Below are positions 9,208 through 16,825 of a stretch of 47,887 nt of DNA, one piece after another. The stretch is from Candidatus Omnitrophota bacterium (GTDB lineage Bacteria; Omnitrophota; Gorgyraeia; Gygaellales; Profunditerraquicolaceae), in assembly GCA_041654215.1 (NCBI GenBank), contig JBAZDY010000002.1, positions 1-47,887 of the forward strand. The letters run 5' to 3'. Within the stretch, counting starts at the first letter, position 1. Each line of letters starts with the position of its first letter. A program made the position numbers and the translations under genes. The notes under the pieces were generated by a model. The model ran no database searches. It was not told where the DNA came from and saw only the letters and a list, made by a program, of their open reading frames with translations.

Positions 9208-10056
9208 TTACCCCACTAATGCTCCCTGAGTTACACCTTTGACTATGTATTTCTGCATAAAAATATAAACCAGTATTATAGGCAATGCGGTGATGGTCAA
9301 CCCGGCCATGAGCAGCGGATAACGCGTAATGAATTCCCCCTGGAACGTCATCAATGCCACCTGCAGCGGCATCAAAGGTTTGGAATCGAATATGATCAGC
9401 GCCAGCACGTACTCGTTCCAAACATTAAGCGCGTTCAAAACTACCACGACGGCCAGAACGGGCTTCGCCAGCGGCAGGGCGACGTGACGCCAGATGCCGA
9501 GTTTGGAGCAGCCGTCTATCCTCGCCGCATCTTCGAGTTCCTTGGGCATCTTGTCGAAAAAAGTCTTCAGAAGAAAGATGCTGGTAGACAATCCCACGTT
9601 GATCATGCAAAGTATATAGCCTATGGCGGTATTCCGCAGGTGCAACTTGTTCAACAGAACATAAAGCGGGACGAAGCTGCCGGGGATGGGGATCATCATC
9701 GCCGCCATGAACATATAGAAAATAAGGTTTCTGCCCGGGAAGGTGAACCTGGAAAAGGCGTAAGCGGCCAGGGAGGAAACTACCACTATGCCGAGCACGA
9801 CGACCGAGGTATAAACGATGCTGTTGAAAAAATTCCGTCCGAACCCGCCCTGCTTCCAGGCCAGGACGTAATTCTCGAAATGGAACTCCCTGGGAATAAG
9901 CGACATGTCCCGGAAAATGGTCTCCTGCGTCTTCAGGCTGGAAGAAAACATCCAGAGCAGCGGAAAAATACAGGTCAACGCCACCGCTATAAGAAAAGCG
10001 TAGACTATCACATTCACTGCCACTTTCTTACCGCGGTAATATTTATCGCTTTTCAT
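9208..10056 (-). CDS. Carbohydrate ABC transporter permease (MalG-like, CUT1)
   Basis: 282 aa with six predicted TM segments. EAA loop ELEDAARIDGCSKLGIWRHVALPLAKP. Confidence 0.9.
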   Translation of the reverse strand: MKSDKYYRGKKVAVNVIVYAFLIAVALTCIFPLLWMFSSSLKTQETIFRDMSLIPREFHFENYVLAWKQGGFGRNFFNSIVYTSVVVLGIVVVSSLAAYAFSRFTFPGRNLIFYMFMAAMMIPIPGSFVPLYVLLNKLHLRNTAIGYILCMINVGLSTSIFLLKTFFDKMPKELEDAARIDGCSKLGIWRHVALPLAKPVLAVVVVLNALNVWNEYVLALIIFDSKPLMPLQVALMTFQGEFITRYPLLMAGLTITALPIILVYIFMQKYIVKGVTQGALVG

Positions 10057-10080
10057 ATACGGCAGCGCTCCTTCGGCGCG

Positions 10081-10959
10081 TTAATATTGCCTTGATCTCT
10101 TGGAAAAACGGTATTGCACGAACGAAATTATTATCAACACCACCCCGAAAACAATGCCCTGCGCGCAGGCATAGCCGAAACGCGACGATCCGCGCATGGA
10201 AGCCAATATGCGCAGCACCGGCACCTGCGTGTGATAAGCCGGGCCGCCGCCGGTCATGGCTATGATCAAAACGAACGCCTGCATGGTGCCCAGAACGGTA
10301 AGAATAGCGACCAGTATGGCTACCGGAATCATCAACGGCAGGGTTATGTTCTTGAAACTCGCCCAGGCGTTGGCCCCGTCCACGCGCGCGGCTTCATACA
10401 ACTCCCGCGGGATCGTCTGCAGTCCGGCCAGGAAAATCAGAAAGCCCCAGCCGAAGCCTTTCCAGCAGTGCACCACGGCCACGGTGGTAAGCGCGGTCTG
10501 CGGATCCGAAAGCCAGTTCTTGACCAGATGAGGCAGCCCCATTTTGAGCAGCCAGGCGTTAAGAAGCCCGTAATTGCCGTCGAGTATCCACTGCCATACA
10601 AGACCGACTACCACCTCGGAAAGCACCGGCGGGATGAAGAAGACGAGCCGGAAGAAATTCTTCATCTTTATTTCTCTGTCGCAGGCCATGGCCAGCATAA
10701 AAGCCATCGCGTTCTGAAAGATAATGGCGATCAGGGTAATATACCCGGCGTTCCACATGGAAAGCCACCAGATGTTGTCCTGGGTAAGGACTTCTTTGAA
10801 ATTAGACAGGCCGACAAAAGTCTTGGTGGGAAGAATACCGTCCCATTCATACATACCGAGCTGGAAGACCCAAATGAACGGGATAAGATAGAAAATAAGA
10901 AAAATCGTGACCGCGGGCAGAACAAAAAGATAATTTTCCAGTGTCGATTTAATACGCAT
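10081..10959 (-). CDS. Carbohydrate ABC transporter permease (MalF-like, CUT1)
   Basis: 292 aa polytopic membrane protein. EAA loop ELYEAARVDGANAWASFKNITLPLMIP. Confidence 0.9.
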   Translation of the reverse strand: MRIKSTLENYLFVLPAVTIFLIFYLIPFIWVFQLGMYEWDGILPTKTFVGLSNFKEVLTQDNIWWLSMWNAGYITLIAIIFQNAMAFMLAMACDREIKMKNFFRLVFFIPPVLSEVVVGLVWQWILDGNYGLLNAWLLKMGLPHLVKNWLSDPQTALTTVAVVHCWKGFGWGFLIFLAGLQTIPRELYEAARVDGANAWASFKNITLPLMIPVAILVAILTVLGTMQAFVLIIAMTGGGPAYHTQVPVLRILASMRGSSRFGYACAQGIVFGVVLIIISFVQYRFSKRSRQY

Positions 10960-11001
10960 ATGAGACGTTTGACCACCCGGGCGCCATCCGCGCGGCGGAT
11001 G

Positions 11002-12321
11002 TTACTTGTTGTTTTTCTTCGACAATTCCCTTTGTTTTATCTTCTGCACCTCTTCCGCCACCTGCGCGGAGGTTTTCTCCCCGATAACTATGGACTGAAT
11101 CCCCTTGTCAAGGGCTTCGACCACGGCGGGGAATTCGGAAACTCCCCACACGTTGGGATGCGTGGAGGTCTCTATATCGTCCGCGAATTGCGCCAGCACG
11201 TCGGATATTTTCTTCAAACTGTCTTTGTTCGCCGGCAGATTAAGCGTTATCTCCGCCAAAAAGACCTGCTGTTCGCGGTCGGTAAGCCAGCGCAGGAACT
11301 TGACCGCCTCTTCTTTCCTCGGGGATCTGGCGTTAACCATGAAAGAAGATCCCGCCCCGCCCCAGATTACCATGGGATACCTGGAACTCACCGTCGGCGG
11401 CAGCATGGCGCCGAACTCCAGACCGGGATTCATGCCCTTGTAAACATTCACGCACCAGGAGCCGTTGAACGCGAACACGGCCTTCTCGTTTGCAAAAAGC
11501 TGCTCGGCGTTCTTGTTCACCATGGTCACAAGGCCGTTCGCCAGCACCCCGGAGTTCTGCATTTGATTGAATATCTCGAAAACCTTGATCCAGTCCGGAT
11601 CTGTATAAGGGACGTCGCCTCTTATTGTAGCCAATACCTTGTCTTTCCCCATCACGTTGAAGGCGTAGTTATTTGCCATACAGTCGATCATCCATACTTC
11701 TCCCCATCCGGAAACGAGCCCCTGGATACCGGAAGCCTTGATCTTCGGTCCTAAAGCGAGGAATTCCTCCAGAGTAGCCGGAGGTCTGTTAGGATTTCCG
11801 CCTATCTGCTTCAGCAGTTTCTTATTATAGACCATCTGAATGGTTGTTATGTCGATGGGAACTCCGTATATGCCGGGGGTAACCCCGTAAGTATTATCAG
11901 AAGAAAACTCGTTGACGGCCAGGGCTTTGGAAAAGAACACGTTCTTCCATTTACCGCTGTCCGCCGACATATAAGGAGTTATATTAAGTACATGGCCCGC
12001 CTTGACGAAAGAGGAGAAATCGCGTTTTTCTCCCAGTATACCGAAGATATCGGGCAGACTCACGCTCTGCGCGGCGGCCCTGATCTTCTGGGAATAGGCG
12101 TCGGAAGGGGCGTAGAGCTCGAAAGTAACTCTCACGCCGGTCAATTCTTCATACCGGCGGCTCAATTCCTCGAACGCGGGCTGACGATCGGTCATCCAGT
12201 GCCAGATGACCACGGAATTCTTATTCTCCACAGGCGTAGGCGCGCACCCGCACAGGCAAAGCAGACTTAGAATGGAAAGGGCCGATACACCTCTCAGACA
12301 GCCGGAGAATTTTACCGCCAT
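11002..12321 (-). CDS. Extracellular sugar-binding lipoprotein (ABC solute-binding protein family 1)
   Basis: The track ORF 11002-12417 is trimmed to Met33. AGGAGG lies 5 nt upstream, and the N-terminus MAVKFSGCLRGVSALSILSLLCLCGCAP has a lipobox. The rest has typical SBP_bac_1 composition. Confidence 0.85.
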   Translation of the reverse strand: MAVKFSGCLRGVSALSILSLLCLCGCAPTPVENKNSVVIWHWMTDRQPAFEELSRRYEELTGVRVTFELYAPSDAYSQKIRAAAQSVSLPDIFGILGEKRDFSSFVKAGHVLNITPYMSADSGKWKNVFFSKALAVNEFSSDNTYGVTPGIYGVPIDITTIQMVYNKKLLKQIGGNPNRPPATLEEFLALGPKIKASGIQGLVSGWGEVWMIDCMANNYAFNVMGKDKVLATIRGDVPYTDPDWIKVFEIFNQMQNSGVLANGLVTMVNKNAEQLFANEKAVFAFNGSWCVNVYKGMNPGLEFGAMLPPTVSSRYPMVIWGGAGSSFMVNARSPRKEEAVKFLRWLTDREQQVFLAEITLNLPANKDSLKKISDVLAQFADDIETSTHPNVWGVSEFPAVVEALDKGIQSIVIGEKTSAQVAEEVQKIKQRELSKKNNK

Positions 12322-12398
12322 TGAGCCTCCTCTCGAGCCGGAAATCTTGTGCTGTAACGGGATTTGCCGACAGTTAATTGTAGTGCGGATAAAATAAG

Positions 12399-12419
12399 AT
12401 GTGTTTAACTCTAACACAT
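12399..12419. promoter_or_regulatory. Inverted repeat ATGTGTT-N7-AACACAT overlapping the -10 box (candidate operator)
   Basis: Perfect 7-bp arms at 12399-12405 and 12413-12419. The repeat spans the -10 hexamer of the predicted ABC operon promoter. Confidence 0.3.
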
Positions 12420-12436
12420 GTTTATTATATGGTCAA
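12408..12436 (-). promoter_or_regulatory. Sigma70-type promoter of the ABC/GH operon
   Basis: Minus strand reads TTGACC (12436-12431), a 17-nt spacer, then TAGAGT (12413-12408), about 85 nt upstream of the SBP start codon. Confidence 0.4.
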
Positions 12437-12478
12437 GATTTTTATATCGGGACGGGATCGCGAACGCCGCCGGGTATA

Positions 12479-12823
12479 TCAATGCAGCCGCATGACCCTG
12501 GAAAACCTCATTAGTTCGGCATTCTCCAGACGGATACCCATGCGATAGCTTTTCACGCCTTCCGGCCTGCACCAAACCACCCTGCCCCTGGCGTAAAGCG
12601 GCTGGCCCTGGTCGGGAACATTCACCCATATCTCGAGATCCGCCGAAGACTGCAACTCAATTCCGGAGATCATGCCGAGGCCGTAAACGCTGATGTCGCT
12701 TGAAACCGCTTCTCCGGAGATATGCGAATACAGGTCGGTGTATTTTACGGAGAATTGAACCTGAATACGCTCGAACAATCTCTGGTCTTCCGGACTCCCG
12801 TCTGGCTGTTCTATATATTCCAT
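12479..12823 (-). CDS. Stand-alone PilZ-domain protein (putative c-di-GMP receptor)
   Basis: 114 aa. RxxxR motif (QRLFER) and D/NxSxxG motif (DISVYG) are at PilZ spacing, within a small beta-barrel-sized protein. Confidence 0.8.
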   Translation of the reverse strand: MEYIEQPDGSPEDQRLFERIQVQFSVKYTDLYSHISGEAVSSDISVYGLGMISGIELQSSADLEIWVNVPDQGQPLYARGRVVWCRPEGVKSYRMGIRLENAELMRFSRVMRLH

Positions 12824-12956
12824 CTATCCCGGATCTCCCCGTCGCAGATCCGCCTTTAATCAAACGCAGATAAAGGCCGGCAAGGCCTAAACTCCCCCAT
12901 GGAATCGCGGCCTGAAATCTAAATTATTATACCGGGGTTTTATTCCGGCCCGATAG

Positions 12957-12986
12957 ATTATAGCTTACCGGGACGGGAACTGTCAA
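12957..12986 (-). promoter_or_regulatory. Near-consensus sigma70 promoter for PilZ gene 12479-12823
   Basis: Minus strand reads TTGACA (12986-12981), an 18-nt spacer, then TATAAT (12962-12957). It implies a 5' UTR of about 125 nt. Confidence 0.55.
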
Positions 12987-13010
12987 CGTAAAACGGATTT
13001 AATCCCCTCG

Positions 13011-13059
13011 CCCATTCAGCCCCGGCTTTCACAAACCGGGGATTTCTGCGGCTGGATTA
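13011..13059 (-). repeat. Intergenic repeat, R module only (copy C)
   Basis: In minus sense it starts at the PilZ stop codon: TAATCCAGCCGCAGAAATCCCCGGTTTGTGAAAGCCGGGGCTGAATGGG. The core CCGCAGAAATCCCCGG is identical to the copies at 27998-28016 and 36647-36665. Hairpin CCCCGG-N10-CCGGGG. Confidence 0.7.
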
Positions 13060-13383
13060 ACTGTTTTGCCTAAGAACGTGCGCCACGCCTGTTGTGACCG
13101 AATTGGCAAGGCTGATACCGGCGCGAAGAGTTTTTCCCCCTTCCTGTATAGTCCATATCACTTCGCCTTTCGTGTAGAACGGCCGGTTTTTGTCGGAAAG
13201 AAGAAGCCAGCAATCCAGAGAAGCGCCTCGCGACAACGAAGCTTCGGTAAATATCCCCAGCCCGCGGATGCTCACGTCGCTGACCGTTCCCATGCACTGC
13301 AAAGAGGAACCGGTCAAAGAGAATTTCAATGGGAAGCTGACCGGAATCCTGACAAAAAATCTTCTCTCGTCCTGGTTTACCAT
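13057..13383 (-). CDS. Stand-alone PilZ-domain protein (paralogue)
   Basis: RxxxR (RRFFVR) and DxSxxG (DVSIRG) motifs. The start is set at the ATG of Met28 in the track ORF (MVNQDERRFFVRIP...). The upstream GTG at 13464 is an alternative, and neither has a well-spaced SD. Confidence 0.7.
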   Translation of the reverse strand: MVNQDERRFFVRIPVSFPLKFSLTGSSLQCMGTVSDVSIRGLGIFTEASLSRGASLDCWLLLSDKNRPFYTKGEVIWTIQEGGKTLRAGISLANSVTTGVAHVLRQNS

Positions 13384-13556
13384 ATATCCTGCGTGGAGAA
13401 ATAGAACATGTTTCCGTCCCCCTGAAAAAGGCTTCTTTCCCAAAATAAAAACCGGAAGAATCACTTTCCTTCCGGCTTGAATCCGTGGCTATCCCCGCTT
13501 TTTAAAGTCGGGATTAGCCGGCTTAGAAAAGAGTTTTATTATCTCTTTGCAAATAT

Positions 13557-13585
13557 AGTATAACTCGTGAGGTTTTTTTTGTCAA
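13557..13585 (-). promoter_or_regulatory. Near-consensus sigma70 promoter for PilZ gene 13057-13383/13464
   Basis: Minus strand reads TTGACA (13585-13580), a 17-nt spacer, then TATACT (13562-13557). Confidence 0.55.
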
Positions 13586-13607
13586 GCACAAATCTCACTG
13601 AAATAGT

Positions 13608-13636
13608 TTGACTTTAGTGTCTAAATATGTTATTTA
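13608..13636 (+). promoter_or_regulatory. Candidate sigma70 promoter for the FtsH-like operon (divergent from the PilZ promoter)
   Basis: Plus strand reads TTGACT (13608-13613), a 17-nt spacer, then TATTTA (13631-13636), 40 nt upstream of the ATG. GGAGG SD at about 13665. Confidence 0.4.
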
Positions 13637-13676
13637 TAAAGGGTATTTGTCCATAAAATAATCCTGGAGGATAACC

Positions 13677-15362
13677 ATGAACCTGAAAAAAGTCTCCGTT
13701 TATGTGAAGTTAAACTGGATAAAGTTGCTGCTGGTACTGCTGGCAGTAACCGTGCTAACTCTAACCGTGTTCGCCCTGATAGTCGGAATGAAGGCGATGG
13801 CAGGGCTGGAATCGTTCTATAAACAAATGCAGCTTTCCATGATCCCGCTGCAGATATTCATAGCCGTAGTCACCGCTTTCGTCTTCGCCTCCATCTATAC
13901 GGTATTTCACTACTGGTTCTTTTTTGCCGGGGGGATGACTAAACTCGGGCAGAAAAAGATAAAAAGCGTGGAAGTGAACGTGAAATGGGATGAAGTCATC
14001 GGCATGGACGAAGTAAAACGGGAAGCCTGGGAAGTAGTGCAGTTATTAAAAGACCGCACTAAACTGCAGCGCGTGGGCGGGCAGATTGTAAAGGGGATAC
14101 TGCTTTCCGGGCCGCCGGGATGCGGGAAAACCTATCTGGCTAAGGCAATAGCCACGGAAGTGCAGATGCCGTTCCTTTCGGTGGTAGGCAGCGAGCTGGA
14201 AGGCATCATCGTCGGTCTGGGGGCGGCAAAAATCCGTTCGCTGTTCAAAGAAGCCCGCGCCCTGGCGGAATTGCACGGCGGGTGCATAATATTCATCGAC
14301 GAAATAGATTCGGTAGCCAGGCCGAGGAGAGACGATGCCGGCTTCGGCGGACAGATGAGCGCGAACGCCGCGGTCAACCAGCTGCTCACGGAGCTGGACG
14401 GGCTGCGCAAAAAAGAAAACAACCTTGTAGTGATCGGGGCCACCAATGTTGATGAAAAAGACCTCGACCAGGCACTGATGCGCGCCGGACGTTTCGACAG
14501 AAAGATATACATAGGACTGCCCGGGCTCAAAGACAGAGAACAGCTTTTCGGGTTCTATCTTAAAAAAGTGCGCTGCGGAAGCGACATAAACATAGGCCAG
14601 CTGGCGCGCAAGGCGGTTTACAAAAGCCCCGCCGACATAAACAATATCGTGCGGGAGGCCGGGATAATCGCCATCCGCAAGCACAAGGACAGCATAGGCA
14701 TGGCCGAGATAAACGAGGCCATGGAAAGAATAGACATGGGTCTGAGAAAATCGCTGGAGCTCAGCCCGGCGGAGAAAGAACAAGTCGCCTATCATGAAGC
14801 CGGGCACGCCATCACCGCGTACCTGCTCCATCCCACCGACGACGTATTCAAGGCCACCATCATCCCGCGCACCGTCGGCTTCCTCGGCTACGTCTATCAC
14901 CGTTCGAAGGAAGAGATGCACATACACAACAAGGAATATTACCTGGCCAATATAAAAGTGGCGCTGGGTTCTTACGCCGCCGAGATGCTGAAATTCCGCA
15001 CGACCACTTCGGGGGTCGGAGAAGACATGCTCCAGGCGGCTTTCTGGGCCTATAATATGGTCTGGTGCTGGGGCATGGGTTCTTCCGGAATGAAAGGCAA
15101 TTTCAAGGAATTGAGCAAAAACTTTTCCTCTTCTTCCGCGTGGCCGCAGATGAGCTTTATTTCGGAGAAGACCAAGGAAAGGCTGGACGACGACGTACAA
15201 AGCATACTTTCCCAGTGTCTGCAGGAAGTGGAGGAGCTGTTAAAGAAAGAGTCCGCCCTGCTTGACCGCTTCGCCGGGGAACTGCTCGCCAAAGAAGAAC
15301 TGGATTACGACCAGATAGAAGCGATATTCAAGGAATGCGGGAAAGAACGAACAAGAAAATGA
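13677..15362 (+). CDS. ftsH: FtsH-family ATP-dependent zinc metalloprotease (AAA+ plus M41) with a very short extracytoplasmic loop
   Basis: 561 aa. Walker A GPPGCGKTYLAKA, Walker B IIFIDEIDS, SRH ATNVDEKDLDQALMRAGRFDR, zinc site HEAGHAI. Two N-terminal TM helices are separated by only ~17 aa. Confidence 0.9.
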   Translation: MNLKKVSVYVKLNWIKLLLVLLAVTVLTLTVFALIVGMKAMAGLESFYKQMQLSMIPLQIFIAVVTAFVFASIYTVFHYWFFFAGGMTKLGQKKIKSVEVNVKWDEVIGMDEVKREAWEVVQLLKDRTKLQRVGGQIVKGILLSGPPGCGKTYLAKAIATEVQMPFLSVVGSELEGIIVGLGAAKIRSLFKEARALAELHGGCIIFIDEIDSVARPRRDDAGFGGQMSANAAVNQLLTELDGLRKKENNLVVIGATNVDEKDLDQALMRAGRFDRKIYIGLPGLKDREQLFGFYLKKVRCGSDINIGQLARKAVYKSPADINNIVREAGIIAIRKHKDSIGMAEINEAMERIDMGLRKSLELSPAEKEQVAYHEAGHAITAYLLHPTDDVFKATIIPRTVGFLGYVYHRSKEEMHIHNKEYYLANIKVALGSYAAEMLKFRTTTSGVGEDMLQAAFWAYNMVWCWGMGSSGMKGNFKELSKNFSSSSAWPQMSFISEKTKERLDDDVQSILSQCLQEVEELLKKESALLDRFAGELLAKEELDYDQIEAIFKECGKERTRK

Positions 15363-16186
15363 AACGCCTTCCCGCGGCACTCCTGTCTTTCTTGGTTGCC
15401 TCTGTTCTATGCGGATGCTTCTCTCTGCAGCCTACTTATACGAAAGAAAAAGCCGCCGAAGCGGTGATCGCCCTCTGCCGCAACGAATACGGCCTGAAAA
15501 TAAACGCCTGGCTTTCCGGAGACACCCTCTACGTTTACCTGCCGGTGGCATCGCTGACGACCACGGATAAGGAACTGGCCGGCGTAATACAAAAGAATAT
15601 TAACCGCCTCGTGGTCTCCGCCACCAGGGTCTGCCTGAGCATGAACCCGCGGGTGGAATTCCTGGTAATCGCCGTTACCGACACCGGACAGCACGGGATA
15701 GAATACAGGATCGTAAATTATGTAACGGACCTGGTCAAACTGCAATGTAACGCGATTTCCAGAAACGATTTCGCCGCGCGCAGTATAATTTCGATAACGC
15801 AGAACCCGCTGGGCGTGGGAGACGAGGAAGGTAAATACATCCTGAAGGAGCCTGTCAGGAAAGAGGACTTTGTCTGCTCCCTCATAGCGCAAAAGATCAG
15901 CTACTCTGCGGCACAACAGCATCCGAACGCGGCGGCCGGACCGCCTAAGGCGGCGGAAGTAAGTCTAAAAGACCGCTATCTGGAGATCAATCTGCTGCAA
16001 CCTGCCTCGGGAACGGCGGCCGGACTCAAGGAAACGGCATTGGCCGCCGCGGCATGGGTGGCCGATGAATACGATTTTCGCGATTTCGACACGCTGAAAC
16101 TATACGGCCCGCCGCCGGATAACGCCGGATCGGAATTCAGCCGCCAAGCCCTGCTCTCACATCCACAAGAAGTAAACCGTAAATGA
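15359..16186 (+). CDS. Lipoprotein of unknown function, translationally coupled to the FtsH-like gene
   Basis: The track ORF 15335-16186 is trimmed to Met9. MKRLPAALLSFLVASVLCGC carries a lipobox. Its ATG overlaps the ftsH TGA (ATGA). I recognise no domain. Confidence 0.65.
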   Translation: MKRLPAALLSFLVASVLCGCFSLQPTYTKEKAAEAVIALCRNEYGLKINAWLSGDTLYVYLPVASLTTTDKELAGVIQKNINRLVVSATRVCLSMNPRVEFLVIAVTDTGQHGIEYRIVNYVTDLVKLQCNAISRNDFAARSIISITQNPLGVGDEEGKYILKEPVRKEDFVCSLIAQKISYSAAQQHPNAAAGPPKAAEVSLKDRYLEINLLQPASGTAAGLKETALAAAAWVADEYDFRDFDTLKLYGPPPDNAGSEFSRQALLSHPQEVNRK

Positions 16187-16196
16187 AATCCGCGAA

Positions 16197-16805
16197 TCAA
16201 TAAGATATCTTTCTGCCTTTTGCGCGCAGGCGTCCGCGCAGAAAAAGATCTATCGCCAGCGGATAAATGCGGTGCTCTGCCTTATGTATTCTTCTCTCGA
16301 GTCCGGCCAGGGTATCATTCCTGCCGACCTTAACTTCTTCCTGCATTATTATCGGGCCGTGGTCGGTCTTCTCATCTACGAAATGCACGGTCACTCCTGT
16401 AACCTTGGCCCCGTATTCGAAGGCGTCGCGTATCGCGCGAGCCCCTTTAAAAGAAGGAAGCAGAGAAGGGTGGATATTGATTATCCGGTTACGGTAACGT
16501 CTGACGAACGAAGGGCTGAGTATGCGCATGAACCCGGCCAGGACTACCAGGTCTACGCGGCCGCGGCGCAGAGCGTAAAGGACCTCTGCCTCGAACAACT
16601 CACGGGAAGAGAAATCCCCGCGGGAGACGATCAAAGTCCTTATCCCGGCCCGGGCCGCTTTTCCGATCACCGGCGCCGCCGGATTGTCGCAAAGCAAAAA
16701 CGCGATCTCCGCTCTGATCAACCCGCTCTTTACCGCTTTCACTATGGCGAGGAAATTGCTCCCCGTGCCGGAAGCGAATACGGAAATCCTGGCTTTCCTT
16801 TTCAT
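16197..16805 (-). CDS. purN: Phosphoribosylglycinamide formyltransferase
   Basis: The track ORF is trimmed to Met28 (MKRKARISVFASGTGSNF...). Formyltransferase motifs INIHPSLLPSFKG and HFVDEKTDHGPII. Confidence 0.85.
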   Translation of the reverse strand: MKRKARISVFASGTGSNFLAIVKAVKSGLIRAEIAFLLCDNPAAPVIGKAARAGIRTLIVSRGDFSSRELFEAEVLYALRRGRVDLVVLAGFMRILSPSFVRRYRNRIINIHPSLLPSFKGARAIRDAFEYGAKVTGVTVHFVDEKTDHGPIIMQEEVKVGRNDTLAGLERRIHKAEHRIYPLAIDLFLRGRLRAKGRKISY

Positions 16806-16825
16806 AAACCGCTCCTCAAACCCGC

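Noticed and set aside
12874-12888. Small hairpin AGGCC-GGCAA-GGCCT, followed in minus sense by TTTATCTGCGTTTGATT, considered as an intrinsic terminator for the upstream PilZ gene.
   Set aside because: The stem is only 5 bp and the T-tract is interrupted. It lies downstream of the predicted promoter at 12957-12986, so it is more likely part of the PilZ leader. It is too weak to call.
16187-16196. The convergent lipoprotein/purN gene ends with a 10-nt gap, examined for a bidirectional terminator. A TGCGCG-N8-CGCGCA hairpin lies inside the purN 3' end.
   Set aside because: The hairpin lies within purN coding sequence and has no U-run on either strand. No terminator can be claimed from the sequence alone.
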